Of a stretch of DNA of 64,000 bases, positions 27,480 to 35,779 are shown in pieces; the stretch's first letter is position 1, and the number at the start of each line of letters is the position of its first letter. Source of the stretch: Alphaproteobacteria bacterium (GTDB lineage Bacteria > Pseudomonadota > Alphaproteobacteria > Micavibrionales > UBA2020). The stretch spans positions 47,871 through 111,870 of the forward strand of contig JAIOQI010000021.1 of the NCBI GenBank assembly GCA_021413445.1, read 5' to 3'. Under the pieces are notes generated by a model. That model was given only the letters and a program-made list of their open reading frames with translations. It was not told where the DNA came from and did not search any database. A program made the position numbers and the translations under genes.

Positions 27480-27959
27480 GGCAAGCGTCAGACGAAGATG
27501 CCAGCTTTCCCCCTGAAGTAAAAGAGAAACCCCTCTATCCTTAATAGATATATATAAGAAAGTAGTAGTAGATTGTAGGGCGGTGGACTACGGGGATGAA
27601 AACCAATGTACAGAGTTAACCACACCCCCCTGCCGCGGATTTGGCCAGAGGCTTTGAATAACTTTTGTATGTAGCGCCGGATTTGGCCGGGAGTCTGGTT
27701 TTTCCAGGCGGTGTGAATTGCGGGGATAAACGCTTTTCTGTCAAATATAGTTATCCACACTTCGAATATCCAGAGTCCGTCTCGGCATGAGGCCGGTATC
27801 CTCTTGTTCCGACTCGTGGATTATCCTCCGGTTTTTTTTACACACCTGTTTGTACGCAGGGTTATCTGCCAAGTTATCCACCAGTGGCCGGGGGGCCCGG
27901 TTGCTTTTCATTTTTTTTCCGATAGGATGAAAAGCAGGCCATCAAGGGGTTGGGTTGAT
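27480..27959. other. Candidate chromosomal replication origin (oriC), hemE-adjacent
   Basis: This is a 480 bp non-coding gap next to hemE. It holds one perfect DnaA box TTATCCACA (27751-27759) and two one-mismatch boxes, TTAACCACA (27616-27624) and TTATCCACC (27874-27882). Weaker boxes lie at 27821-27829 and on the minus strand at 27721-27729. There is an AT-rich tract at 27541-27575. Dominant gene orientation switches here, from mostly minus to the left to mostly plus to the right. Confidence 0.6.
27751..27759 (+). promoter_or_regulatory. Perfect consensus DnaA box
   Basis: An exact match to TTATCCACA inside the hemE-proximal intergenic region. Confidence 0.6.
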
Positions 27960-28568
27960 ATGAGCGAAGACTGGAAAAAGCTGGACGTTGAAGGCGCGGC
28001 GCGGGCGTTGAGCGAGATCAATCCGCAGCTGGAACCCATTCCTTTCAGTTCGGACACCACGACGATACGGACCATGAAACTCCCCTTTTACCGGGACTAT
28101 TTGCTCTATGAGCTGACGGACCTTTCCGCCGTTCCCGGCGCGCGCAAATACGCGCTTTACAAGCCGGGCGACGTACATGTGATTAACTGGACCAACCAGC
28201 CGATTTATGAAGTGAACGAAAAAGCGCCCGTGATGCTGAAAGAGAGCACGGTCGTTGATTACGTCAAGTTTTTCTTTGGCTACGTGCGCGGCCGCCATGG
28301 ACGCTTCACCATCATTGAAACGATCGATGACATCCGCTGGCAGATCGACCCCCCGGCGCAGGGCCGCAAGGTGATGCAGGAAATGCTCGAGCCGGTGACC
28401 CTGACCGACCTGGAGCCGGACGGCACCTTTAACCTCGAAGCCTTCATGCTTTTCAAAGATTCCCTATTCAAGACCCAGGTGCATGTCAAAAAGGACGGGC
28501 TGGTCAGCATGTCCAGCGAAGAGCTGAAGATCGAGGGCATGCCGATCTTGCAGGATGTCGCGGTCTAG
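27960..28568 (+). CDS. Conserved-looking hypothetical protein on the origin flank (about 202 aa)
   Basis: I chose the ATG at 27960 (MSEDWKKLDVEG...). The track ORF start at 27804 would run through the DnaA-box region. No domain was recognised. Confidence 0.5.
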   Translation: MSEDWKKLDVEGAARALSEINPQLEPIPFSSDTTTIRTMKLPFYRDYLLYELTDLSAVPGARKYALYKPGDVHVINWTNQPIYEVNEKAPVMLKESTVVDYVKFFFGYVRGRHGRFTIIETIDDIRWQIDPPAQGRKVMQEMLEPVTLTDLEPDGTFNLEAFMLFKDSLFKTQVHVKKDGLVSMSSEELKIEGMPILQDVAV

Positions 28569-28574
28569 GGGGGT

Positions 28575-29633
28575 ATGGGCTTCCTGTTTCAAGAACCTAT
28601 CGGACGTGAAGCGCGCCCCGCATGGGCGGAGGTTCCGCCGGCGCTGGTGGCTCAGCTTCAGGAGCTCCTGAAACAAAAAATCATTCATGCCGATATTGCC
28701 TGGGGCGGCTATTCGCCCTCCGCGACATTCGTGGCGACGCTGGCTTCGTGGGAAAAAGCTTTCATCAAAGGGACCCACCCCGGACAGGACACCCACGGGA
28801 CCCAGATGCTGCGCCAGGAAATCGAGGCCTATCAGACGCTGCCGGACATCCAGAGTTTTTCCCCCGCCTATCTCGGGTGCGTGAGCGATGGCCGTGAAGA
28901 GGGATGGATGCTGGCGGCTTTCGATAGTATCGACACGCTGCCGACCCTGCCCTGGACGGAAGAAAAAATAACCACCGTTTTCAGGCTGCTTTCCCGCCTT
29001 CATTTTTGCGACAAAAAAAATATCCCCCCGGCGCTGCCCCCCGCGCGGGATAAAAACTATATCGAGAAATTTCTCCGCCCCGAGGGCGGCTGGCTGCGCT
29101 TCAGGGACGAGCGGCAGACGGCGGACAAGTTTTTGGCCCTTTTTGAGGATCAGGATGCAGGCAGGGACTGGCTTTCGTCAGCCCTGCCCCGGCTTTGCGA
29201 AAAACAGGCCAAAGCCCATATGACCGGCGGCGCTGTGGGGATGCTCCATCAGGACTTGCGCTCGGACAATATCCTCTTCGACCGGGAGGACAGGGCCTAT
29301 CTGGTGGACTGGGTGAATGCGTGCCAGGGGCCGGTGGTCATGGACCTTGCCCAGTTTCTGCCCGCCGTCAGCGCCGAAAGCGCGTTCGAATGCGGGGCGC
29401 TGCTCGGGTTGTACGAGAAAATATCCGGCGTGAAAATCGACCGGGAGAGTTTGGTGATTGCTCTCGCCTCCGCGTCGGGGCACATGGCCGACAACGCTTA
29501 CCGGGCCGTTCCCGCGAAACTACCGCGGCTGCGCTGGATGCAGAAAAGCGTGCTGTGGGCCATGCTGCAGTGGGCTGTCGTTCTGATGGACATTCCGCCG
29601 CCGCCGCGTTTTACCGGGCCTTATCATGATTAA
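28575..29633 (+). CDS. Phosphotransferase (aminoglycoside/choline kinase-like, APH family) protein
   Basis: It has a kinase-like catalytic loop LHQDLRSDNILF followed by YLVDWVNA, which is the HxDxxxxN ... D pattern. Confidence 0.7.
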   Translation: MGFLFQEPIGREARPAWAEVPPALVAQLQELLKQKIIHADIAWGGYSPSATFVATLASWEKAFIKGTHPGQDTHGTQMLRQEIEAYQTLPDIQSFSPAYLGCVSDGREEGWMLAAFDSIDTLPTLPWTEEKITTVFRLLSRLHFCDKKNIPPALPPARDKNYIEKFLRPEGGWLRFRDERQTADKFLALFEDQDAGRDWLSSALPRLCEKQAKAHMTGGAVGMLHQDLRSDNILFDREDRAYLVDWVNACQGPVVMDLAQFLPAVSAESAFECGALLGLYEKISGVKIDRESLVIALASASGHMADNAYRAVPAKLPRLRWMQKSVLWAMLQWAVVLMDIPPPPRFTGPYHD

Positions 29634-30894
29634 GGCCCTGCTCTGTTCGCGCCATTTCATGCCGCTGTTCATGACCCAGTTCCTGGGTGCGCTGAATGAC
29701 AATATTTTTAAAAACGCGCTGGTGATTTTTGTGCTGTTCGCGCTGGCGCCGCACAATGCCCCGCTTTACGCCACGGCGGCGGCGGGGATATTCATCCTGC
29801 CTTTCGTGCTGTTTTCGGCCCTGGCGGGTTTTTTCTCCGACACCATCGACAAAGCGGCAATCATGCGCGCGGTGAAAGCCGCCGAGATCGCGATCATGCT
29901 GCTGGCCGCCGCCGCCTTTTACCTGCAGAGCGCTTATTTTCTGCTGTTCGTTTTGTTCCTGATGGGAACGCATTCGGCTTTTTTCGGCCCGGCAAAGTAC
30001 TCGATCCTGCCGCAGCACCTGCCGCCGGAAATGCTGGTGGCTGGCAACGGCCTCTTGTCGCTGGGAACTTTTGTGGCGATTTTATTGGGCGCCATCATCG
30101 GCACGCTGGGTATTGCCGGAGAAAACGGCGTGGAAACCATTGCCTTCATATGTCTTGCGGTTGCGGTGGCCGGTTCCTGGTGCAGTTTTTATATTCCCGC
30201 CGCGCCCCCCGCTCCGTCAAATATCGGTCTGTCGCTGCACCCCCTGAAAGACACCGGCAGAATGTTGTCTTTGACTCTCTCCGGCAAAGAGATCCGCCGC
30301 TGCGCCATTGCGATTTCATGGTTCTGGTTTTTGGGCGTCACCTACCTGACGCAGTTCCCCAACCTGGCGGTCCAGGTTTTTCATGCCGATGAAAGCGTGG
30401 TGACGCTGTTTCTGGTGATGTTCACGCTGGGGGTCGCCGCAGGCTCCCTGCTGTGCGGAAAACTTCTTCATGACCGGGTTTCCACCCATCTGGCCTCTTA
30501 CGCTGCCCTGGTTCTGGCGCTTTTCGGCCTGGATTTCTGCGCGGCGGCAAAAAACTATACGCCCTCCGGCGTGGTTCCGGCGAACATCATTGCATTCATC
30601 GCGCAGGGATTTTTGCCCCTGCGCCTGCTTTTCGACCTGTTTATATTGTCCACCGCCGGTGGTGTTTTTTACGTGCCTTTATATGCCCGGGTGCAAAGGC
30701 TCATCCCACTGGAGCGGTGCGCCCGGGTGATGGCGGGCATCGGCTTCCTGAATGCGGTTTTCATGGCGCTTTCCAGCCTTGTGGGCCTGGTTCTTCTGGC
30801 GCTGGGATTCTCCAGCCTTGGCGTGATTTTTGTCAGTGTTTTCATGACATTGGGCGTAGCCCTCTATTGCCGCCCTCCCGGGAAACACGCCTAA
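29626..30894 (+). CDS. MFS transporter, lysophospholipid transporter (LplT)-like
   Basis: 422 aa with about 12 hydrophobic segments. The N-terminal FMPLFMTQFLGALNDNIFKNAL resembles the LplT signature. Confidence 0.7.
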   Translation: MIKALLCSRHFMPLFMTQFLGALNDNIFKNALVIFVLFALAPHNAPLYATAAAGIFILPFVLFSALAGFFSDTIDKAAIMRAVKAAEIAIMLLAAAAFYLQSAYFLLFVLFLMGTHSAFFGPAKYSILPQHLPPEMLVAGNGLLSLGTFVAILLGAIIGTLGIAGENGVETIAFICLAVAVAGSWCSFYIPAAPPAPSNIGLSLHPLKDTGRMLSLTLSGKEIRRCAIAISWFWFLGVTYLTQFPNLAVQVFHADESVVTLFLVMFTLGVAAGSLLCGKLLHDRVSTHLASYAALVLALFGLDFCAAAKNYTPSGVVPANIIAFIAQGFLPLRLLFDLFILSTAGGVFYVPLYARVQRLIPLERCARVMAGIGFLNAVFMALSSLVGLVLLALGFSSLGVIFVSVFMTLGVALYCRPPGKHA

Positions 30895-31125
30895 AAACCC
30901 CCAAACACCCCCAAACACCCCCAGTTTTTCGTAAGATTGTAATTTATATGCTTTTGTATGCCTGGAAGCAATTTATTAACCATCTGTGTTGCATGATGGA
31001 GATAGAGACGAAAGGCAAAGAAATGCCTTCTGTGGGGAAGTTTTGAGGAGCTTTTTTCACGGGGTCGCGAGAGGGTCTAGCGCCTTGGGTACCGCCGGAA
31101 TAAGAACAAGAAGGAGGCATCATTT

Positions 31126-32160
31126 ATGACCAATGACATCGATCGTGATGGCGAGCCTTTAGTCAAGAAACCAAAAACGACGGGGTTTAAAGACACCTCG
31201 AAGCGGCTGCGGCGCGGCAAGGAAAACCATATCGCGCACCGCGCCAGCCTGGACTGGCGCCAGGACCGCGACCGGGTTTGCACCCCGTTTGGCGACGTCG
31301 TTGATTATGTCGATCTTGCCGAATTGAAAGCTGTCGTCATAAAATCCGGCACCGGCGAGGCGCTTTTGTGCGGGGACAGCGCCAGAGGTTTAAATGTCTA
31401 TTATGATTCACAGGTGCCGGTGTCGCAGTTTTACCCGCGGGACAAGGAATGTTTCATCACCCTTAACCCGCACCACACCAAAGGCGAGCTTCTCAATATG
31501 CTGGTGCGCGAACTGCGCCGCGCCTGGCAGTATTATCAGGGTGCCTTGATCAATCCGATGCGTTTTGAGCCGGACGAGGCCATATTGGTCAACCGCGCCC
31601 AGCAGGCTGACGTGCTGATGGCATCGGTCAAGGTAGCCTGGGAGCTGAAGCTGGCGGGCGAGGCGGAAGCCTGGAATTTTATGGCCGGGTCGCCGATGGC
31701 GGATGTGACGCGCGTGTTTGAAATTCATGCCCAGAAAGATTTCCGCACACTGAACAACGGCGAAGCTTCCCGCGCGGCCTACGACAAATTTTTCGAGGAG
31801 AAGCGCACCAAGGCGCATGACAAGCGGATCATCCACCAGATGCTTCTGGATGACCTGGGATACATGAAGGCGCCGCAGAAATTTCCCAAGGTCGGCATGG
31901 ACCTGTTCAGAAAACTGGGCGAGATGCCGTACGGGCGCAACTATCTGTCGATCAGCAGCAAAAAACCGCCGACGGACACGTGCTATTCCACGATCGAGGA
32001 CCGCTCCAACGCCAATTTCCTGTGGTTCATCAAGTTTGAGCGCAGCTTCCAGGAAAAAGAGCAGGAGATGCTGCAGGAATCGGCCAAGGCTTCGGCGAAC
32101 GTCGTTGATTTCACCCGCTGGTCTTCGCAGGCGCGGCGCCAGCAGGGGCCGGGAACCTAG
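31126..32160 (+). CDS. Hypothetical protein, paralogue of the HExxH protein at 42309-43274 but with a degenerate motif (RELRR)
   Basis: A strong RBS GAAGGAGG precedes the ATG. It shares the block I.L.P....L..LV.ELR..WQY.Q......NR...AD with the 42309 gene, but the histidines are replaced (LVRELRRAWQYYQ). Confidence 0.6.
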   Translation: MTNDIDRDGEPLVKKPKTTGFKDTSKRLRRGKENHIAHRASLDWRQDRDRVCTPFGDVVDYVDLAELKAVVIKSGTGEALLCGDSARGLNVYYDSQVPVSQFYPRDKECFITLNPHHTKGELLNMLVRELRRAWQYYQGALINPMRFEPDEAILVNRAQQADVLMASVKVAWELKLAGEAEAWNFMAGSPMADVTRVFEIHAQKDFRTLNNGEASRAAYDKFFEEKRTKAHDKRIIHQMLLDDLGYMKAPQKFPKVGMDLFRKLGEMPYGRNYLSISSKKPPTDTCYSTIEDRSNANFLWFIKFERSFQEKEQEMLQESAKASANVVDFTRWSSQARRQQGPGT

Positions 32161-32262
32161 TTTTATCTGCGTGCACAACCTTACCGATTCGTGTTCCAGA
32201 GGTCAGAAAAAGTCAGGATATTCTTTTCAAGTTATTGAAAAGAAATAAATATCCAGGGTTTA

Positions 32263-32292
32263 TTGACAAAAAAGGCACCACACCTGTATAAT
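32263..32292 (+). promoter_or_regulatory. Near-consensus sigma-70 promoter (TTGACA-N18-TGTATAAT)
   Basis: TTGACA lies at 32263-32268 and TATAAT at 32287-32292, preceded by TG as an extended -10. It sits 34 nt upstream of the ATG at 32326. Confidence 0.6.
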
Positions 32293-32325
32293 ATGTTAAA
32301 TAACACAGAAGAGGATGGACCGGTC

Positions 32326-32634
32326 ATGAAAAAAGATAAATCTTCAGCAATGAGAACTTTGTTCCAGATGGCGGCGATGGCGCTGGCTGTCATCACCGGG
32401 GAGAATCAGGTTTCTGCGGAAAGATCTGCCGGCATCGCTTACGATAATTTCCGCTCCGGCCTGACCCTGCATAACCTGAGGGAGATTTTCAGGAGCCGTG
32501 TTTCATTTGCGCAAAGGACACGCAGTTCGAAAAGACGCCCCGCGCGCCGGCCTGAGCAGGCGCCGAAAGCCAGCACCACCCGCAAGGGTGGAGCGTCTAA
32601 ATTCAAGCGCTATACCGCGAGAAGGGACGTCTAA
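32326..32634 (+). CDS. Small hypothetical protein (102 aa) with a hydrophobic N-terminal segment and a highly basic C-terminal tail
   Basis: The ATG at 32326 is preceded by GAGGA. The sequence reads MKKDKSSAMRTLFQMAAMALAVITG..., and the C-terminus is RTRSSKRRPARRPEQAPKASTTRKGGASKFKRYTARR. The stop overlaps the next ATG in a TAATG arrangement. Confidence 0.45.
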   Translation: MKKDKSSAMRTLFQMAAMALAVITGENQVSAERSAGIAYDNFRSGLTLHNLREIFRSRVSFAQRTRSSKRRPARRPEQAPKASTTRKGGASKFKRYTARRDV

Positions 32635-32984
32635 TGAGCAAACAACCCAATCCAAAAGAAGCCGCGCTGATCGCGGAAATGCAAAAAGCGCTCGAAAAGC
32701 ACATGAAACCGGATGAGCGGGAGGGCGGCCATTATTTCGAGGGCGGAACAGAGGCCGTCTTTCAAGATCTCGCCCGGAAAACGGCCGCCTTGATTGAAGA
32801 GCAGGGAGTCAAGGGAACCTGCAAAACGCTTTTGTCGGTTGCGAGAGAAATGAAAGGGCTTGAGGAGATCGAATGGAATCACGCTAACTCGATAGGTTTT
32901 GCCTTTAAAAAAGCCCTTGGCGCAGAGGCGACGTCCCCGGCAAAATCTAATCCTTTCGCCAAAAAGAATTTTCCCAAACTTTAA
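32634..32984 (+). CDS. Small hypothetical protein (116 aa)
   Basis: It is translationally coupled to the upstream ORF. No family was recognised. Confidence 0.45.
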   Translation: MSKQPNPKEAALIAEMQKALEKHMKPDEREGGHYFEGGTEAVFQDLARKTAALIEEQGVKGTCKTLLSVAREMKGLEEIEWNHANSIGFAFKKALGAEATSPAKSNPFAKKNFPKL

Positions 32985-32998
32985 ATAGTGAGAAAGCC

Positions 32999-33166
32999 AT
33001 GAGCAACCAAGCCAGTGATATATCCCAGGAAGCGCAGGCGGAGCTCGATGCCCTGATGCTCAAGGCGGTGCGCGTTTTTCAGGAGGCTGCCGAAGCGATG
33101 CTGGCGCCGCAGGCCAAAACAAAAAACCAGCCCGCGCCAGCGCCGAAACTCACCTTAAAAATTTAA
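32999..33166 (+). CDS. Possible small ORF (55 aa), below the ORF-track length cutoff
   Basis: The ATG at 32999 is preceded by GTGAGAAAG. It reads MSNQASDISQEAQAELDALMLKAVRVFQEAAEAMLAPQAKTKNQPAPAPKLTLKI, lies on the same strand, and starts 14 nt after the previous stop. Confidence 0.3.
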   Translation: MSNQASDISQEAQAELDALMLKAVRVFQEAAEAMLAPQAKTKNQPAPAPKLTLKI

Positions 33167-33172
33167 AATAAT

Positions 33173-33817
33173 TTACGGCTGCGCATCCAGCAGATTCCCC
33201 TCGTTTTTTTTGTCAAGCCATTCGCGGGCCAGTTGCAGCGCGCGGTCGCGGCGGGTGAGTTGGGTGGTCACGTTGTCACGGTCCTCGATGGCGCGTTTCT
33301 TTTCCGCCCCGTCCGGATAATGCGCGATGGCGATGTGCAGCCACATCAGCGCCTTGACCGCATCCGCCTGAACCCCCTCTCCCGTATAGTAAATAATCCC
33401 CAGGTGATGTTGCGCCAGCGGCCGGTTGGCGTCAGCTGCCTTGTTCAGCCAGAGCAGGGCCTGCTCGGGATCTTTCTGCACGCCCTGGCCGTTCCTGTAC
33501 ATGATGCCGATCAGTTCTTCCGCCTGATCCTGGCCGTTTTTCGCCAGCGGGAGAAGGCGTTTTGCAGCGATGTCGAATTTTCCCTGTTGATAAGCGGTAA
33601 CCAGATCTTCAATGGTCATGAGACCCGACGGATCTTCCTCGGCTTTATTCTCAGGCAGCGCCATGTCCTGTTCTTCCGGCGGGGGGGAGCCGGTTTCCGG
33701 CATCAGGAGGCCGGGCTTGATATTGCTGTATTCATCCAGCGACGGGGCGCTGTCTTCGGCTTGCGCGGAAAGAACGGAGATCATCAGCAGAACGAAAACA
33801 GCGGATAAAAAACGCAT
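33173..33817 (-). CDS. Secreted Sel1-repeat (TPR-like) protein
   Basis: It has a signal peptide MRFLSAVFVLLMISVLSAQA. It also has repeated Sel1-type units (AEELIGIMYRNGQGVQKDPEQALLWLNKAA, LAQHHLGIIYYTGEGVQADAVKALMWLHIA). Confidence 0.8.
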   Translation of the reverse strand: MRFLSAVFVLLMISVLSAQAEDSAPSLDEYSNIKPGLLMPETGSPPPEEQDMALPENKAEEDPSGLMTIEDLVTAYQQGKFDIAAKRLLPLAKNGQDQAEELIGIMYRNGQGVQKDPEQALLWLNKAADANRPLAQHHLGIIYYTGEGVQADAVKALMWLHIAIAHYPDGAEKKRAIEDRDNVTTQLTRRDRALQLAREWLDKKNEGNLLDAQP

Positions 33818-33845
33818 CTCAAAAACTCCTTGTCAGCCTCTATTA

Positions 33846-34778
33846 TTAGCGGATCGGTTTTTGCAAAACAAGCGCCTGCCAGTCGCCGATTTCCTCGGCG
33901 CGGACCAACTGCAGCCCCAGCTTTTCATGGGCGGCGACCACCTCCGGTTTTTGCCGGCTCAGCAGGCCGGACAGGACGGCATAGCCGCCCGGCTTGAGGA
34001 CGGCCGCCAGGTCGGCCGCCATCTCGATCAGCGGGTTGGCCAGAATATTGGCGGCGACGATGTCATAGGGCGCGTTCACGGCCACCAGCGGGGCGCGGTA
34101 GCCGTCTCCCGCCTGTGCCTGGATTTTATCGCTGACGCCGTTCATTTCCGCATGACGTTTGGTGACGACGACGGATTCAGGGTCAATGTCGATGGCGGTG
34201 ACCTTGAGGGCGGGCCAGAGCTTCGTCAGGGCGATGGCGAGAATGCCCGAGCCGCACCCCATATCGAGGGCGTTTTTAAACGCGTTTTTGCCTTTCAATT
34301 GCTCCAGCGCCTGAATGCAGCCGCGTGTCGTCTCATGTTCGCCGGAGCCGAAGGCTGTCGCGGCGTCTATTTGCAGCGGGATGAAACCCGGCGGCAAGGC
34401 GCCGGTGTAATACGAACCATAAACGAAGAAGCTGCCGATTTTGATCGGCGGGAAATTGTCATGCACATGCTGGAGCCAGTCTTTTTCCGGCAGGGTTTCC
34501 GCAATAATGCCGTTTTTATCGATTAGATCGGAAATGTTTTCGGCTTCGCCGACCAGAAGGATGCGGCAGAGAATTTCCCCTGTGTCCGGCTTGCCCATGG
34601 TGGTGAGGGTAACGGTCCAGTTGTCCCCATCGGCGGATTCCAGATTATGGAGAAGCACGGAGACGGCGACGTCTTCCAGCGCTTCGGAGAGGAGCGACGC
34701 GAGGTGCCCGCTCAAAATCTGCCGGAAGCTGAATTTGACGGTCCAAAGCGGATGGGGGATGTGGTTATCGTCTGACAT
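33846..34778 (-). CDS. prmA: Ribosomal protein L11 methyltransferase PrmA
   Basis: It has FGSGEHETTRGC and the SAM motif ALDMGCGSGILA. I chose the ATG at 34778. Confidence 0.85.
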   Translation of the reverse strand: MSDDNHIPHPLWTVKFSFRQILSGHLASLLSEALEDVAVSVLLHNLESADGDNWTVTLTTMGKPDTGEILCRILLVGEAENISDLIDKNGIIAETLPEKDWLQHVHDNFPPIKIGSFFVYGSYYTGALPPGFIPLQIDAATAFGSGEHETTRGCIQALEQLKGKNAFKNALDMGCGSGILAIALTKLWPALKVTAIDIDPESVVVTKRHAEMNGVSDKIQAQAGDGYRAPLVAVNAPYDIVAANILANPLIEMAADLAAVLKPGGYAVLSGLLSRQKPEVVAAHEKLGLQLVRAEEIGDWQALVLQKPIR

Positions 34779-34849
34779 GCCTGTATCATTATTGACCCGC
34801 GGGGCTTTGTCCACCATATTTGTAGAGGACTTTTAATCTCGCCCGCCTG

Positions 34850-35779
34850 GTGGTGAATATCGCCGGCCTCCCCCTGTCGGTCGGCGGGGTGACCGTCAAC
34901 CGTTTTTGCGGTTCCTCGATGCAGTCCATCCATCAGGCCGCCGGCGCCATCCAGATGAACGCCGGCCACGCCTTTATCTGCGCCGGGGTCGAGTCAATGT
35001 CGCGCATCCCGATGGGCGGTTTTAACCCCCTGCCCAACCCGGCGCTGGCGAAAAATTACCCGCAGGCCTATATCAGCATGGGCGAGACCGCTGAAAATCT
35101 TTCCAAAAAATACCAGGTGAGCCGCGACCGCCAGGAAAAATTCGCCCTGTCCTCCCAGCAGAAAGCCACCGCCGCGCGGGCTGGTGGAAAACTGAAGGAG
35201 GAGATTGTGCCTGTCATGAATGGGGAAGGCACCCTTGTGAGCGAGGATGGCTGCATCCGCCCGGAAACGACGGCGGAGGCGCTGGCGGGATTAAAGCCGG
35301 CCTTCGACCAGTTCGGCACCGTGACGGCGGGGACCTCCTCGCCGCTGACGGACGGCGCTTCGGCGACCTTGGTGACGTCCGAGGAATACGCCAAGGCGCA
35401 CGGCCTCAAAATCCTGGCGCGGATCAGGTCCATCGCCGTGACCGGCTGCGCGCCGGAGATCATGGGCATCGGCCCTGTCGAGGCCACCCGCAAGGCGCTG
35501 GAGCGCGCAAAGCTGACCATTAAGGACATTGACATCGCCGAGCTGAACGAAGCCTTCGCCGTGCAGGTCCTGTCCGTGCTGCAGGAGCTGGGGCTGGATG
35601 AGGCGAAAATCAATCTCGATGGCGGCGCAATCGCGCTCGGCCATCCGCTGGGCGCTTCCGGCGCCCGCATCACCGGCAAGGCCGCCAACCTGCTGAAGCG
35701 TGAAGGCAAGCAATTCGCCCTGGCGACAATGTGTATCGGCGGCGGCCAGGGAATCGCGACGGTATTAGAGGCGGCGTGA
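34850..35779 (+). pseudogene. 5-prime-truncated FadA-type 3-ketoacyl-CoA thiolase (lacks about 70 N-terminal residues)
   Basis: The active-site block VNRFCGSSMQ, normally near residue 90, sits at residue about 20 of this ORF. Thiolase-like sequence can be followed back only to about 34838, and an in-frame stop lies at 34823-34825. The prmA 5-prime end occupies the space where the N-terminus would be. The C-terminus (ATMCIGGGQGIATVLE) is intact. Confidence 0.55.

Noticed and set aside
27488-27959. A track ORF at 27488-27760(-), and the 5-prime part (27804-27959) of the track ORF 27804-28568(+).
   Set aside because: Both run through the DnaA-box and AT-rich intergenic region and have odd composition. 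The plus-strand gene has better internal starts at 27927 and 27960. I treat the region as non-coding (candidate oriC).
30898-30922. A tandem CCCCCAAACA repeat (2.5 copies) immediately after the MFS transporter stop codon.
   Set aside because: It is real in the sequence but very short, with no spacer structure (so not a CRISPR array) and no obvious function. I treat it as a simple-sequence slip, possibly part of a C-rich Rho-utilisation region.
32263-32325. A TTG start proposed by the ORF track for the 123-codon ORF.
   Set aside because: The TTG is the first three bases of a TTGACA -35 hexamer, which has a matching TGTATAAT -10 element. The ATG at 32326, with a GAGGA RBS, is the plausible start.
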